A DNA stretch of 63,167 bases, counting the filler, from Phoronis australis (taxonomy: Eukaryota; Animalia; Phoronida): the NCBI GenBank assembly GCA_002633005.1. It is 5 parts of 5 records of this genome, joined end to end, with 100 filler letters (N's around TTAATTAATTAA, not from the genome) between each part and the next. Parts side by side here need not be neighbours in the genome. Positions count along the whole stretch, not along the records: positions 1 to 28,030 come from NMRA01000891.1; 4 more parts are not named here. One strand, written 5' to 3'. This document shows, piece by piece, positions 1 to 11,800 of this stretch. The notes under the pieces are model-generated. The model saw only the letters and a program-made list of their open reading frames with translations. It did not search any database and was not told the origin of the DNA. Both the position numbers and the translations under genes were made by a program. How positions within the stretch are numbered: the first letter of the stretch is position 1; every line of letters begins with the position of its first letter.

Positions 1-213
1 TAATTTAATGAAGTTTGATAGCAATGTACCACAATTTTTTGGAAAGTCGATCTGTCGTAGGCTACAGACACGATAAATTTGATGAATCCTAGCTTCGGAT
101 CTCACCTGCTTAGGACACTGTGTTTCAACAGCCTTATGCTCCAATAAGCACACCCCCTCTCCTGAAACAAATTTTTCTAAGCGCCCTAGGCACTTACTAG
201 GGCTAATACGGTG
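1..213. mobile_element. Right part of a TACCGTA-type MITE (second copy of 5586-6221), cut by the window edge
   Basis: 1-~350 aligns closely with 5998-~6350; ends in ...cttactagggctaatacggtg, the same terminus as at ~6220. Confidence 0.75.
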
Positions 214-459
214 TCTATAAATGAGACCAAGAAAGCAACTTGGATTTGGTGGACAGAAAGTCGTAACTATATATAGCTGTCCATTAATTTAAAAGCAGCC
301 ATTGACAACCCCTCCCATTGTTTGATTAGGTTAATTTATCTAATTACATGGCAATCATTGTATCTGCCATCACCTGACATTTCATCAATTTTTTGGCCCC
401 CTATATTAATATAGGGGCTCCGCTCTCCGACCTCCTTCCGGCGAGGCCCCCTATATCGC

Positions 460-628
460 TTTTGAGGTCCGAAATTCAATTTTTGCCTATGTCATTTTAA
501 TAAAAATAAGTCATTTTAAATAATAAGCTGTTTAGTCTGAATAGAAATTAATTTAACAGCTTAATATTTAAAATGACTTATTTTTATTAAAATGACATAG
601 GCAAAAATTTGAATTTCAGGCCTCAAAA
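460..628. repeat. Long inverted repeat (hairpin), ~75-bp arms
   Basis: 460-533 (tttgagg..gaaattcaatttttgcctatgtcattttaataaaaataagtcattttaaa..agctgtt) is the reverse complement of 553-628; one arm recurs at ~7487-7560. Confidence 0.85.
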
Positions 629-1914
629 CCGAGGCCTGCCATAGTAATGTATGTGGCCCAGCCGAAAGGCACCCAGATAGCGGGGCCAACTATATTTAAT
701 ATTGTTCTAACTGCATGTCACATTCTAGCTGATCACACTGTTGTGGTCAACATAACAACTGCCAGGGCTGGGTAACACCAATCTGTAGAGAAGTTTCACC
801 TCTACTCAGGAAACTTAAATTTAAAACTAATTTGCATCCAAAAATGAAAAAAGAAAGAATTACTTTAGTTTAGATATGGGTTTGCTTCGAATTTTTTTTA
901 AAAATTGGCTTTAGTCAAAAAGCCCACATTTGATGATAAAAAGTAAGATATTTGGCATGCTACTGCAAAAGAAACTGGATTTTGTTTCTTTTCTACATAT
1001 CAAAAGCAAGAGAATGTATTTTTTGGAGATTGGATGCTACAACAGAACTGTATGATCCCAATAAGCACAGTTGAAGAAAAAATGGAGTAGTTGACTAACG
1101 GCAACCTTCCATTTAACATAGGCCGCGCAAAAGCTAGTGTGTTCTGTTCTAAATATTTTAATGGTTTCCCTTGCCAAATGTTTTTTGGATTTCCCAAGCT
1201 ATTGTTTAACTTCCGAGATCTATGCTATGGGTGTAATACAGCTGATTGGTAAATGATAAAACTTGCATGGAAATGCTTCTACATAATTCTTCAGGTAGCT
1301 GTTCCCGTCCCTAAATTCACTGAAAAGTTCAATTTGTCTCGAGATTAACCAAGTTTTGCATTGAACCACAAAAAGAAATGAGGCCACCTGCAGCACTGTA
1401 TTTATTAATATTACTATCGCGCACTGCTTGTTTGATCAAGAGTGTCCTTAACCTAAAGAAACAGTCTTAACATAAGAAACAGTCTGTTGAATCGTGACAG
1501 AAGTTGCAGGGAATTTGAGCAAAAATGACATAACCGTAATGTTGATTGTCAAAAAGTCTCGCAAAGCTAGGGGGTTTACATTAAAAATTCAACGATTTAA
1601 TTGGTTTAAGGAAACTAAGGTATAATGGCATACTGCACACAATATTTCTTTATTCAGCACTCTCAGGTCACCACAAACTTTTGGATATTATGCTTCACCC
1701 GAGCGTCACACTGCTGAAGTACTTCATGCTTCAATGTCACATTGGCTAAGGGGCAAGTTTTACTCAAAAACTGATCTAGGTGCATTTCCCACCTCAACTC
1801 TCATCTTAAACCACCAGCTGTAGCTAAGTTCAAACCAGCTGAAGCTCTTTTCATTGATGTAAATGTTATGGTATCAGTACCCTACACAAAGGTCTTCCTC
1901 TGCAGTGTAGGCTT

Positions 1915-2035
1915 GTTATCTGATCAGGTTATGTAATGTACAGCAACTTTGCACAGGGAAGCTGTGAGTGTGATTTGGGGGTTTCAGAAAGTAGAGCCAT
2001 GACACTCTTGGTAGAATGTTAAATGTTTCACTTTT
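1915..2035 (-). pseudogene. Possible PIF/Harbinger transposase C-terminal relic
   Basis: Minus-strand frame SETFNILP...VQSCCTLHNLIR resembles the Harbinger 'ENAFGIL...ACCxLHN' motif pair at roughly the expected spacing. Confidence 0.4.
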
Positions 2036-3054
2036 TGATGCAAAATTCATCAATTTTCGTATCTCTCCAAGATTTTGAGTAGGGGGGGGAGGTCTCAGGA
2101 ATCACCTCATGTGCGCACCCAGCCTAAAATGTAGGGATATAAGGGTACTCGAATTTTTGGGTTTGTGGACGTTATTACTAAAAACGGGATTTGTTCAGAG
2201 CCTATGGATTGCATGTGCATTCACCCCCTCCCCCGGAGCCTTCCTGGCTGCCCGCATATGCTAGTCAGCAATTCGCACCCAAACTGCCAAATGAAATGTG
2301 GAAGAATTTCAGGGGGGCACATGTCCCCGTAAATCCACCACTCTTCTCAACAGTATGATAAAAACTCTCCAAACATCTTAAAACAAGGTCTTGAACAATC
2401 CCATTGAATGAGGTTGCCAAACCCTACTGATCAGGGGAAACAGTGGGCCCCTGGTTCAACAGATTGAACTAGAGGGTATTTATCCACCTTGAATGTGTTC
2501 CACTGGCTGGGTTGAGGATCAAAGATTCCTCCTAGCTGCTCTATTCATCCAATCACTTTTGAGGATAATTGACTTCGCTCATGCGAATACGATCAGCTGA
2601 TTACAATCTAGCCTAGATGACCATACTTTTTATGGAGAGCATTTTGTGTAGTTTTTGATATAATATTTGAAAAGATGAGTGAAAAAAATAATTTGTAAAA
2701 CTTTTAATTTTTCAAATCAGCCCAAGAGAATGATTTTGCAACAGAACGACGCTCAAGATTACGTTTATTCGGCACAAAAATATAGGACCCAATTTAGGAT
2801 AGTATAAATGTAGACCTACTGTGTGTTATTTAGATTTTGAGCATAACCTAAACATTTTCTCGGTGATCTTAAAATCAATTTTGACACGTAAAAATGGCGG
2901 TAAAATTTTGCGATCTGGCATTTATGAATGGGTGCTGGATTTTGAAAATGCGACCTGGCATTTTGCAAAATGGGACCTTGCAATTTTCACAACATCGAAC
3001 CCTGCAGGAACACGATAAAATTAATTTGGATTTTGACATTAGTCTTCATATAGC

Positions 3055-3806
3055 TATCTGGGTGACTTAGGTACCACTGTGTATCTCTGTTAGACCCCGA
3101 AATTTCACACAGCTCCGGTAGTACTGCTTGCCATCTCGTGAAATACTATTAACCTGTAGATGGTAGGACTAGTATGTTGTACTACTCCGTGGTGCAACTA
3201 ACGATCGCCGGCCTGTGCTTGCAAAAGCTAGGAAATAGCCGACACTCACATTGCCCTTTGCAGCCGTTAAATTAAAAAAAATCTAATAAACATCATTTTG
3301 TTGGATAATTATTTGTCTTTTTGTAACAAAGAAAAGTCCGTCATCGTTTCGTTTGTGACACGCGCACGTGCCAATTATTAATTTGCAACATCTCTCATGA
3401 TATGATTACGGCTTCGCAGCAGCAAATTTTGTTCTAAAATTCAGTTTCCTGGTATTAAAATACTGAAAACTTGTAACGAAATAACAACAGTTCCGATAAT
3501 TTGTTGTGAAATGTACTCAGCCTAGTGGGAGATCAGTAGATTGAGGAATCGGTGAATCAAGAAGCTGGCCAATAGGTGATGCAATATTTTATGGCGCCGA
3601 AATGCCAAGCAAAAGATCGCATCACAATTTCAGCTGCAGAATAATGGAAGAACAACGCCGATTTTTCCAACACTGCGGTGAATAATTAAGTTTACTCCAG
3701 TAAGAGTGACGTTTTTATTGACTAATTTTTTGTAACATTTTTGGTATTTTTTTACCTGCATCGCTGTAAAGCTGTATACTTTTTATACAACTTTGCACCA
3801 AGGCTT
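3055..3806 (+). mobile_element. Orphan terminal arm homologous to 13660-14336
   Basis: Colinear, diverged similarity to 13660-14336 (gaaatttcacac, gttctaaaattc, taggtga.gcaatattt, caaaagatc); both end gcaccaaggct. Confidence 0.7.
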
Positions 3807-4860
3807 GGTGATGCTGCGAGATATTTTTGTTGCTCATACAGATTGTTGCTAATTTTTGCTTGTTTTCATAACTTATGAGGATAGTGGAAATAACAGTGTT
3901 GTTGTTGTAGTTGAACTTTAATATTTGCTTAATTCAGAAAATCAGAGGTCAGTATACCTTGACTTTTTGAAATGCTTAAGGCCAAAGACTCGCTGATGCA
4001 CACCCTCTCAAAATTGCCCTGAAGGTATTAACTCTATCATACAGCTTTATTTACATGGTCTTGGCTAATTAACATTTTATGGCCTGGTTATCCTTTCAGC
4101 CAAAAGTAGGTCCATAGGTTGCTTATCAGCCAATTATACATGCATGCTGACGCACAATAGAAGCCTGATAAGAATGAAGGTGGATACATACGTGTACAGT
4201 GTTCCTATAGTTTCCTGTTGTAGTGGATTTGTTCAGGACATGACTTTAACCAAGTAAAAGTATAAAGTGTCTGAAATAAGCAGTAGAATTTGGTGTTTGG
4301 CTTAATGACTTGACACCTTTTATTCTTTTGGTGACATTACCATATCAGTTTCATTGAAATTTAGCTACAAAAAAGGGTACATTCCTAGGGAAACTTAGTA
4401 TCATTCTCAAGACCAAACTTTGCTTGATATAAATACAAGATGAGCTCTCAAAAATGTTGCTAACATTTTTTTAGTTATTTCTTCATTTTTGCTTGATGCA
4501 ACTTGTTGGAAAATCATATCTAGTTGCAACAATATCCCTAAAAATTGTTAATTTTTGTAAAATTTCAAAAATATACCACAAATACATACCTAACCATAGA
4601 AAGCTCTGAATTTATTGCTCCTTTTTTAAGATTTTTTTCTCAATCGTTTGAAGTATACCTCTATTGCACTTTAATTCAATTTTCAATGGAACCTACTCTT
4701 CAACACCCTTGCTGATTTAAAACCTGATTTCAACAATCTTATTATTTAAACCATGTCACAAATTCTTGTGATCTACTCTTGCAGCTCAACAGAATTTGCA
4801 AAATAATTCCAGTATTGCCTTGAGTCAAATGGATGTTTAGTTCTTTTAATATTCTCTTAA

Positions 4861-5460
4861 AGTCCTTGTCTCACGCGTTGTTAACCCTTATTACATGGTT
4901 AGAAGATGTTATAAGGATCCAAGAAGTACCTACCCCATAACTAATACACGATCCGTACTCGAAAACAGTTTAAATGAACGCGCCACTCACGATTCGCACC
5001 CGAAGAAACACCGCCATTTTGAACTTGCCGCGAACCCGGAAGTACAATTCATTCAGGAACCCAGGCCGAGAAAACGCCGTCAGTGCGACTGGAGCAGTGC
5101 CTGTACTGTTACCAGCCAGCAAACGGGGATAAAAAAATCGACAGCGCGCCTTAATTTTGATAAAATCAAACTACGGACAATTTTATGGAATTTGCTGAAG
5201 AAATGTGGCGAATAAATTTTGACAGAAATTATTTTGCTAGACTCGGGACCGCAGCCTATCGGACCCGGTGCGGATCGAGACCAGACACTGGCGAACGGTA
5301 AATGCATGCGGTTGCAAGCTGCTTTGTCGAAGTAAAATGGTCAAATGATAAATGCTGGATATATTCAAGTGTAGTTTCAGACAAAAGCATGAAATTACGG
5401 GCCGGTTAGTCCCGTTGTGTCACACTGCCGCGGCAGACCTTAGTTAGCCTCAGTCACCGG
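4861..5460 (+). mobile_element. Truncated Kolobok-type element (left end), same family as 33448-35938
   Basis: Starts TTAA|AGTCCTTGTCTCACG; ~600 bp closely similar to 33448-34053. Confidence 0.8.
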
Positions 5461-5585
5461 GCAACAGGGTCATGGACAATGTTAACTTTTATCCCTGCAA
5501 TAGAGGTAGTTTCCTATTGGAACTGTCTAAAGTATAAATGAGACCAAGAAAGCAACTCAGTTTTGTTGGACAAAAATTCACAACT

Positions 5586-6221
5586 ACCGTATTTGCCCTA
5601 ATAAGCGCCCAAAATTTCCCCAATAAGTGTTTTCAGATTTCGTTAAAAGCTCCCAGCCCATGGACGTGTGCCTTACCTAGATTTCTTAAATTCTGCAGTA
5701 ACATATTCAATTTATCAATAATATCCGACATTCCTGAAAACAATCATAGTGCGCGCCAAATTTCTAGACCACAAGCCTCGCCGCTGTGTCGGTATTTAGC
5801 CGTGAATATACACTTCAAACTTCTGCAGTGCTTCAAAAAGAATTAATTTAAAAATTTTGCCGCTCTCATGAGGTATGTGTCCTACTATGGTCTGGCTTTT
5901 CAGAACAGACAGTGTACTTGTCACAGGAAGTGAATCTCGCCATCAGTCGGCAAGTTTTCGCCCTGGCCTTTCCCCACAATTTTCTGATAAAGGATCGTAA
6001 TTTAATGACAAAGTTTGATAGCAATGTACCACAATTTTGTGGAAAGTCGATCTGTCATAGGCTACAGACCCGTTGCGGAGCATAAATTTTATGAATCCTA
6101 GCTTCGGATCTCACTTGTTTCGGACACTGTGTTTTAACAGCCTTAGGCTCAAATAAGCGCACCCGTTCTCCTGAAACGAATTTTTCTAAGTCCGCTAGGC
6201 GCTTACTAGGGCTAATACGGT
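5586..6221. mobile_element. Tc1/mariner/pogo-type MITE
   Basis: TIRs taccgtatttgccctaataagcgcc / ggcgcttactagggctaatacggt; no coding capacity. Confidence 0.7.
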
Positions 6222-6570
6222 GTCTAAGACCAAGAAAGCAACTTGGATTTAGTGGACAGAAAGTCATAACTCTATAGCTGTGCATTAATTTAAAAGCAGC
6301 CATTGTCAACCCCTCCCATTGTTAATTTACCTAATTACATGGCGAATTTTTGTGTCTGCCATCAATTGAAATGTTGCTCTGACATCAAGTTTTTTTGTCT
6401 GCACTATACATACAGGTTGCACTATTTGTCCAATTGGCAAAAGATTCACCCACAACTTGTAGTCCCCGAAGTGCTAGGAGCCTAAGTCGTTCATCATGAT
6501 CAGATTCAAAATGGCGGACGTGTTGGCTATTTTGTTTCAGATGTCAGATTCAAATGCTCATAGAGGCTGC

Positions 6571-7065
6571 ATTTCTATGCGCCCACATACCTATGTGTGG
6601 GTGCAAATTGCCTTCATCTCTGTCAGGGCGTCCAGCGTCCGCACCTGTATCTCCTGAACCCCTCAAAGTATTTTCACCAAATTTGACAGATGGGTTAATA
6701 GGAAGATGGCGACAGAAGAGGACGAATTTCGAACTAATCTGACTACCGCTGTGTCCCCTAGTGGATATTTATTTTTTACACATACCTCTATATCTTTAAA
6801 GGTCGTCTACGGATTTTTGTGAAACTTGGCATATAGGGACCTGTTAGTAAGATGATGCTATATTCCTGTTTTCGGAAGGAGTCAAGGTATTTTGCGCCAC
6901 CTAATGACCAGTTTTACTGCTTTTTTGGCATCTGCCTCTCTATCAACCAAACCGCTCTTAAAGATGATTGTAAAAATTGGCATGCATGTATTTTCTTACA
7001 ATGAAGAGAAAGCCTGTCGATGATTTTCGGTTTAATCTGGCTACTGTGGCAACTCCTAGTTGCAG
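6571..7065 (-). mobile_element. Helentron-associated (HINE-type) non-autonomous element, reverse orientation
   Basis: tttctatgcgcccacata..tatgtg..gccttcatctctgtc is the reverse complement of the terminus at 49520-49572; body aligns with 45905-46400; ccac(c)tagtgg-type subrepeats. Confidence 0.6.
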
Positions 7066-7084
7066 TTTTTCATGTGGAGACTCG

Positions 7085-7560
7085 CTTGTCAGTAACCTTC
7101 CGGCGGAGCCTTCTACATTAATATAGTGGGCCTCGCTCATAGGCTGCCTTCCGTAAAGGACCCTATTTTAATATCGGGGGCCGCAATCTCTGGCCGCCTT
7201 TTGGCGAGCCTATACTATTATAGGAGACCTCGCTGAAAGGCAGTCGAAAAGTGGGGCCCCGATATTAATATAGCGGGCTCCGCTCTCCGGCCGCCTTTCG
7301 GCAAGACCCCCTATATTATTACAGGGGTCCTCACTAAAAGGCAGCCGGAGAGCGGGGTAGTCTATATTAATATAGATTGTCCCGCTCTCCGGCCGCCTTT
7401 CGGCGGGGCCCCTATATTAATATAATAGGCCCTGCTCTTCGACCCCTATCGGCGAGGCCATCTATATTAATATCGATGACCTCGCATTTGAGGCTTGAAA
7501 TTCAATTTTTTGCCAATGTCATTTTAATAAGAATAAGTCATTTTAAGTAATAAGCTATTA
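7085..7560. repeat. Degenerate array of GC-rich units built around the palindromic core tatattaatata
   Basis: Repeated ccgctctccggccgcctttcggcg.ggcccc + tatattaatata units in both orientations; same family as 395-700. Confidence 0.75.
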
Positions 7561-7993
7561 TTGGTTTTGCAGCATAATGCCATAATGCTGACCTAAAGAC
7601 ACTCTACTAATTTTAAGCCTGAGGACTGAGGTCAAACAGCTGTGCTTGTGTTGCAAGTTTAATAAATATATACGTGCAGAAATGAATTCGTTGAGTCGGA
7701 AAGTGTAACAGACGTAATCAAGCTATATTAAAACACATATCACAGACGATTGCAACTATAAAATAGTTAATATTAATTCGCCAGTGATACCATATTAAGT
7801 AATTGTGTGCAGCAACAACTCGCTTGGTCAATCATTGAATCAGCTGAGCTGCGCTACACCAGCTATGCCTGGCATGTTTGTACCCACTGTTTTCGATTTT
7901 CCTCAAGCTATGACACGTTCAACTTGCCGAAATTCCTAGCCCACAGTCTAGACGTGCTTCGGTAGTTTAGATTCTGTGATATCAATATCAGAT

Positions 7994-8112
7994 TCAGTGG
8001 CGGATCTAGGATATCACAAGGGGGGGCCAACATTTTCTCCGGCTGTAAGCATTTGCGCAAACCACGATTGTAGTTGCGCACAGCACCGAATGGGGAGAGG
8101 TCGGGAGGGGGG
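7994..8112 (+). mobile_element. hAT-like MITE terminus running into a gap
   Basis: CAGTGGCGGATCTAGGATATCACAAGGGGGGGCCAACATTTT; the reverse-complement end occurs at 41428-41469. Confidence 0.55.
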
Positions 8113-8826
8113 NNNNNNNNNNNNNNNNNNNNNNNNNNNNNNNNNNNNNNNNNNNNNNNNNNNNNNNNNNNNNNNNNNNNNNNNNNNNNNNNNNNNNNNN
8201 NNNNNNNNNNNNNNNNNNNNNNNNNNNNNNNNNNNNNNNNNNNNNNNNNNNNNNNNNNNNNNNNNNNNNNNNNNNNNNNNNNNNNNNNNNNNNNNNNNNN
8301 NNNNNNNNNNNNNNNNNNNNNNNNNNNNNNNNNNNNNNNNNNNNNNNNNNNNNNNNNNNNNNNNNNNNNNNNNNNNNNNNNNNNNNNNNNNNNNNNNNNN
8401 NNNNNNNNNNNNNNNNNNNNNNNNNNNNNNNNNNNNNNNNNNNNNNNNNNNNNNNNNNNNNNNNNNNNNNNNNNNNNNNNNNNNNNNNNNNNNNNNNNNN
8501 NNNNNNNNNNNNNNNNNNNNNNNNNNNNNNNNNNNNNNNNNNNNNNNNNNNNNNNNNNNNNNNNNNNNNNNNNNNNNNNNNNNNNNNNNNNNNNNNNNNN
8601 NNNNNNNNNNNNNNNNNNNNNNNNNNNNNNNNNNNNNNNNNNNNNNNNNNNNNNNNNNNNNNNNNNNNNNNNNNNNNNNNNNNNNNNNNNNNNNNNNNNN
8701 NNNNNNNNNNNNNNNNNNNNNNNNNNNNNNNNNNNNNNNNNNNNNNNNNNNNNNNNNNNNNNNNNNNNNNNNNNNNNNNNNNNNNNNNNNNNNNNNNNNN
8801 NNNNNNNNNNNNNNNNNNNNNNNNNN

Positions 8827-11800
8827 ACGACGAGGTGACGAGCATAACTGAGTCAACTATACCCGGGTAGTCAACGGCTGTCTGAAATTTCGGGGTTAAC
8901 GGAGCTCAACACACAGTGGTACGATAGTCTTCATACAGGTACAGTCGGTAACTTACCAACCCTTCAAGTTTACAGAGCTGCCGGAGTATTGGCTGACAAC
9001 AGGCTGACTGGATGGCTAGAGTCCACATTGCCCTCGGCCAAGTCACTGACACCAGTTGCATCGGCAAATTTTCGTCTGACGATGACGATGACTAGGTATC
9101 ACTTTGTGTTGCCTCGGCTCAAACAGGTATCCCTTGTGACCCGAAATTTCACACTAAAATTTCTTAGTCCGACAATATAAAAAACGCTACTTGATTGCAC
9201 GCTAACACAGGACAGTGACTTTGCCCCCGCCAAATACGTCACGAGACTAAGCAGCGCTCCAAGCCGGTAATTTTTTAAGCTTCGTTAGAGAACATAAGTT
9301 TAATTTTTGGTGTAGAATTATTTGTGAAATTAATCAACAATTCATAGAAAACTATCCAGAATTTATTCAGAATAAAATACAGTTCCCTTTTAAGTGTCAA
9401 ATGGAAAGTTTTGCTTCAGCGACTGTTCCACAGCTTCTTCGATGGTTGCTTGATCGTGCAATAACAGTAAATGGAAGAAGAAAATTTGAGTTAGTACAGT
9501 TATGCCATGACTATCGACCCCGATTAAACGAACGACGATTCTAGCACTGTGTATGATAATTTATCTTCTATTGGCTTTCCCGGTGACGAGCACTTCAGCA
9601 ACAAACTTCTGGACAACGATTTAAAGGACATGCCCCGACTTGGATTGTATGAAATATCTAATTACCTTCTGTGTAGCAAGGCTGGGTATGATGCAAAAAA
9701 GCTGAGAGATTACAAAAATGCAAACGACTGTCGTCTGTTTGCCGACGGACATGTGTTGGAGCTCAAGTAGTCGACCATGGACGAGAGTGGGAAGCTGTTG
9801 TTATTTGTGAGCCATGTGACGCCAACTCAGCGGGACAAGAGTTACCTCAACCGACCTTACTACAGGTGTTGGGTAATTGTAAATAGGGATCCTGTATTTA
9901 TCCATGCTGCATGGTGTGAATGTCCTGGAGGGTAAGTCATTGCAAAACAGCTATATATCATGAATACCTGCTTTATTGTGTCTGCTAATTTTTCTATTAC
10001 GTACCACTGTGGTTTGGTGGACTACATGGTGGTGGTGTGGTTAAAACTTGGTTGTTGTCATTTGCTAAATGGCTAAAATCCCAGGACACAATTTATCAAT
10101 TTAGGTCATACCAGAGCCCTCATCCACCTTAGGGGAAAGTTGCCTGTACTTTCTGGAAGTGGAATTTTTAGGGTGGGAGGAAATTTCTCCTAACCCTGTC
10201 ATCACCAATAGCATGCCATAAACCCGTTGCCACAGCTCACATCTCTGGCACCAGTAGTGCAAACCAAGGTCAGCATTGCCCGTTTGAATTACTAATATTT
10301 ATAATTATATGGTATACGGTATTTTCTTTCAGAGTTGATGGCGCTTGTAGTCACACTGGCGCTACATTATGTGAAATAGAGGCATTCGAAGAGGTATCCT
10401 GCACTGACGGTCCAGCAAAGTGGAAAAAAAGGTCCCGTGCGCACGACGGTCCAAGTTAATTGCGGAATGTCGACGTCAGGAAAGCACGGTGATATAGCTT
10501 AACTGTTTAGGCTACACTGCATTATTATGTCAGAACGAAAGAAAAACAAAGGTAACAGTTATTCTGAAATTACCAACATTGGAAGGTGAAAGTCAATACT
10601 CCAATGTTTTTTTTTTAACCAAAGACACTCACTCTTATAGAGTAAGAGTAACCTTTAGCATGTGTCTTTATATAATCAGGGAGTAAAACTAACTCTAAAA
10701 ACGTTTTCCAATTAAAAAATCAGCCATGTGCAATGTATTTCGACAGTTCATGTATGTGTCATTTCTCCTACGTATATTCAGGTATCGAACTATTGAGCCT
10801 CGTCCAAAGTATGGCCCCCATCATGTCTACTTCGACCCTCGCCCCCTGGATATGAGACTGCCCGTGACTAAAGAGTACAGAGCACTAGCTGCAGAAAACT
10901 TCATCGCTGTAAGTGGAAACCTCTCGACTGCACACGAGTTCTTAAAAATGTCACTGTTAGCGCCTATGTATTCATGAGAACTATTCTTGACATTTTTATT
11001 TGCTGAAGTGTAATTACATAAGCTGTCGTTATGGTGACAATTACAAGGTATTTTTGCTATGAAGACATCTTTAGGTGAGAGTCAAAGACATATATCTTGG
11101 CCTCTGTTGGTCATCTGATATTTGATAAGATAAAACCTCAGACATGCAGAATTGGAAAGCGAGTACTACAACCTGAAACGAAAGCTTTCTTCGTTACTCC
11201 CCAGGATGCCTACATTGCAATATATGAATTATAAACCAACAAAGGAAATCAACATAAAAAATATGGCGCAATTTCAACATCAACGTCGCATATCACATCT
11301 GACGCAGCCAAGTCAAGTTATTTTTTGAAATTCATACTGGTACGGGAATTGGGGATAGTTAGGCCTATAAAAGATCTTTAACCCAGCCGCAGAGCGTCTA
11401 AAGCCGCGCACCGTACCAGTGACTGCTGGCAACTCATGGGGACTCAACTTTAACATCTTTCGCCGCAGAGATAACAACTCTTGGGCTGTCTCCGGTGAGT
11501 CCATTCTTTGTTGAATGATGTTTAGATAAATGTCGCTCTATTTAAAGCAAGCTTTAGAACAGCTTGTATTTCATTTTACATTTTTATTTAATGAAGTTTT
11601 GTTGTTTATGTCAAGAAATGTGGAGTGGTCCCATGATATTTCCACCAATACTCACATACAGAAATACACAATTTTGAGAAACAGTTTGATGCATTTTATT
11701 CTTAGCAGAAATATGCTTCTCACCCCCTGTAAGTAACCATTTTCTCATTTATATTTGCACAATATTTCGGGCATTCATTACTTCGACTATCTTAAGTTTG

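Noticed and set aside
4895-5307. Similar ORFs at 4895-5307 and 33458-33894
   Set aside because: Similarity reflects the shared non-coding Kolobok end; the frames are not conserved between copies.
7976-8856. Long ORFs spanning 8113-8826 (also 15728-16000 and 50986-51192)
   Set aside because: They are open only because they run through N gaps.
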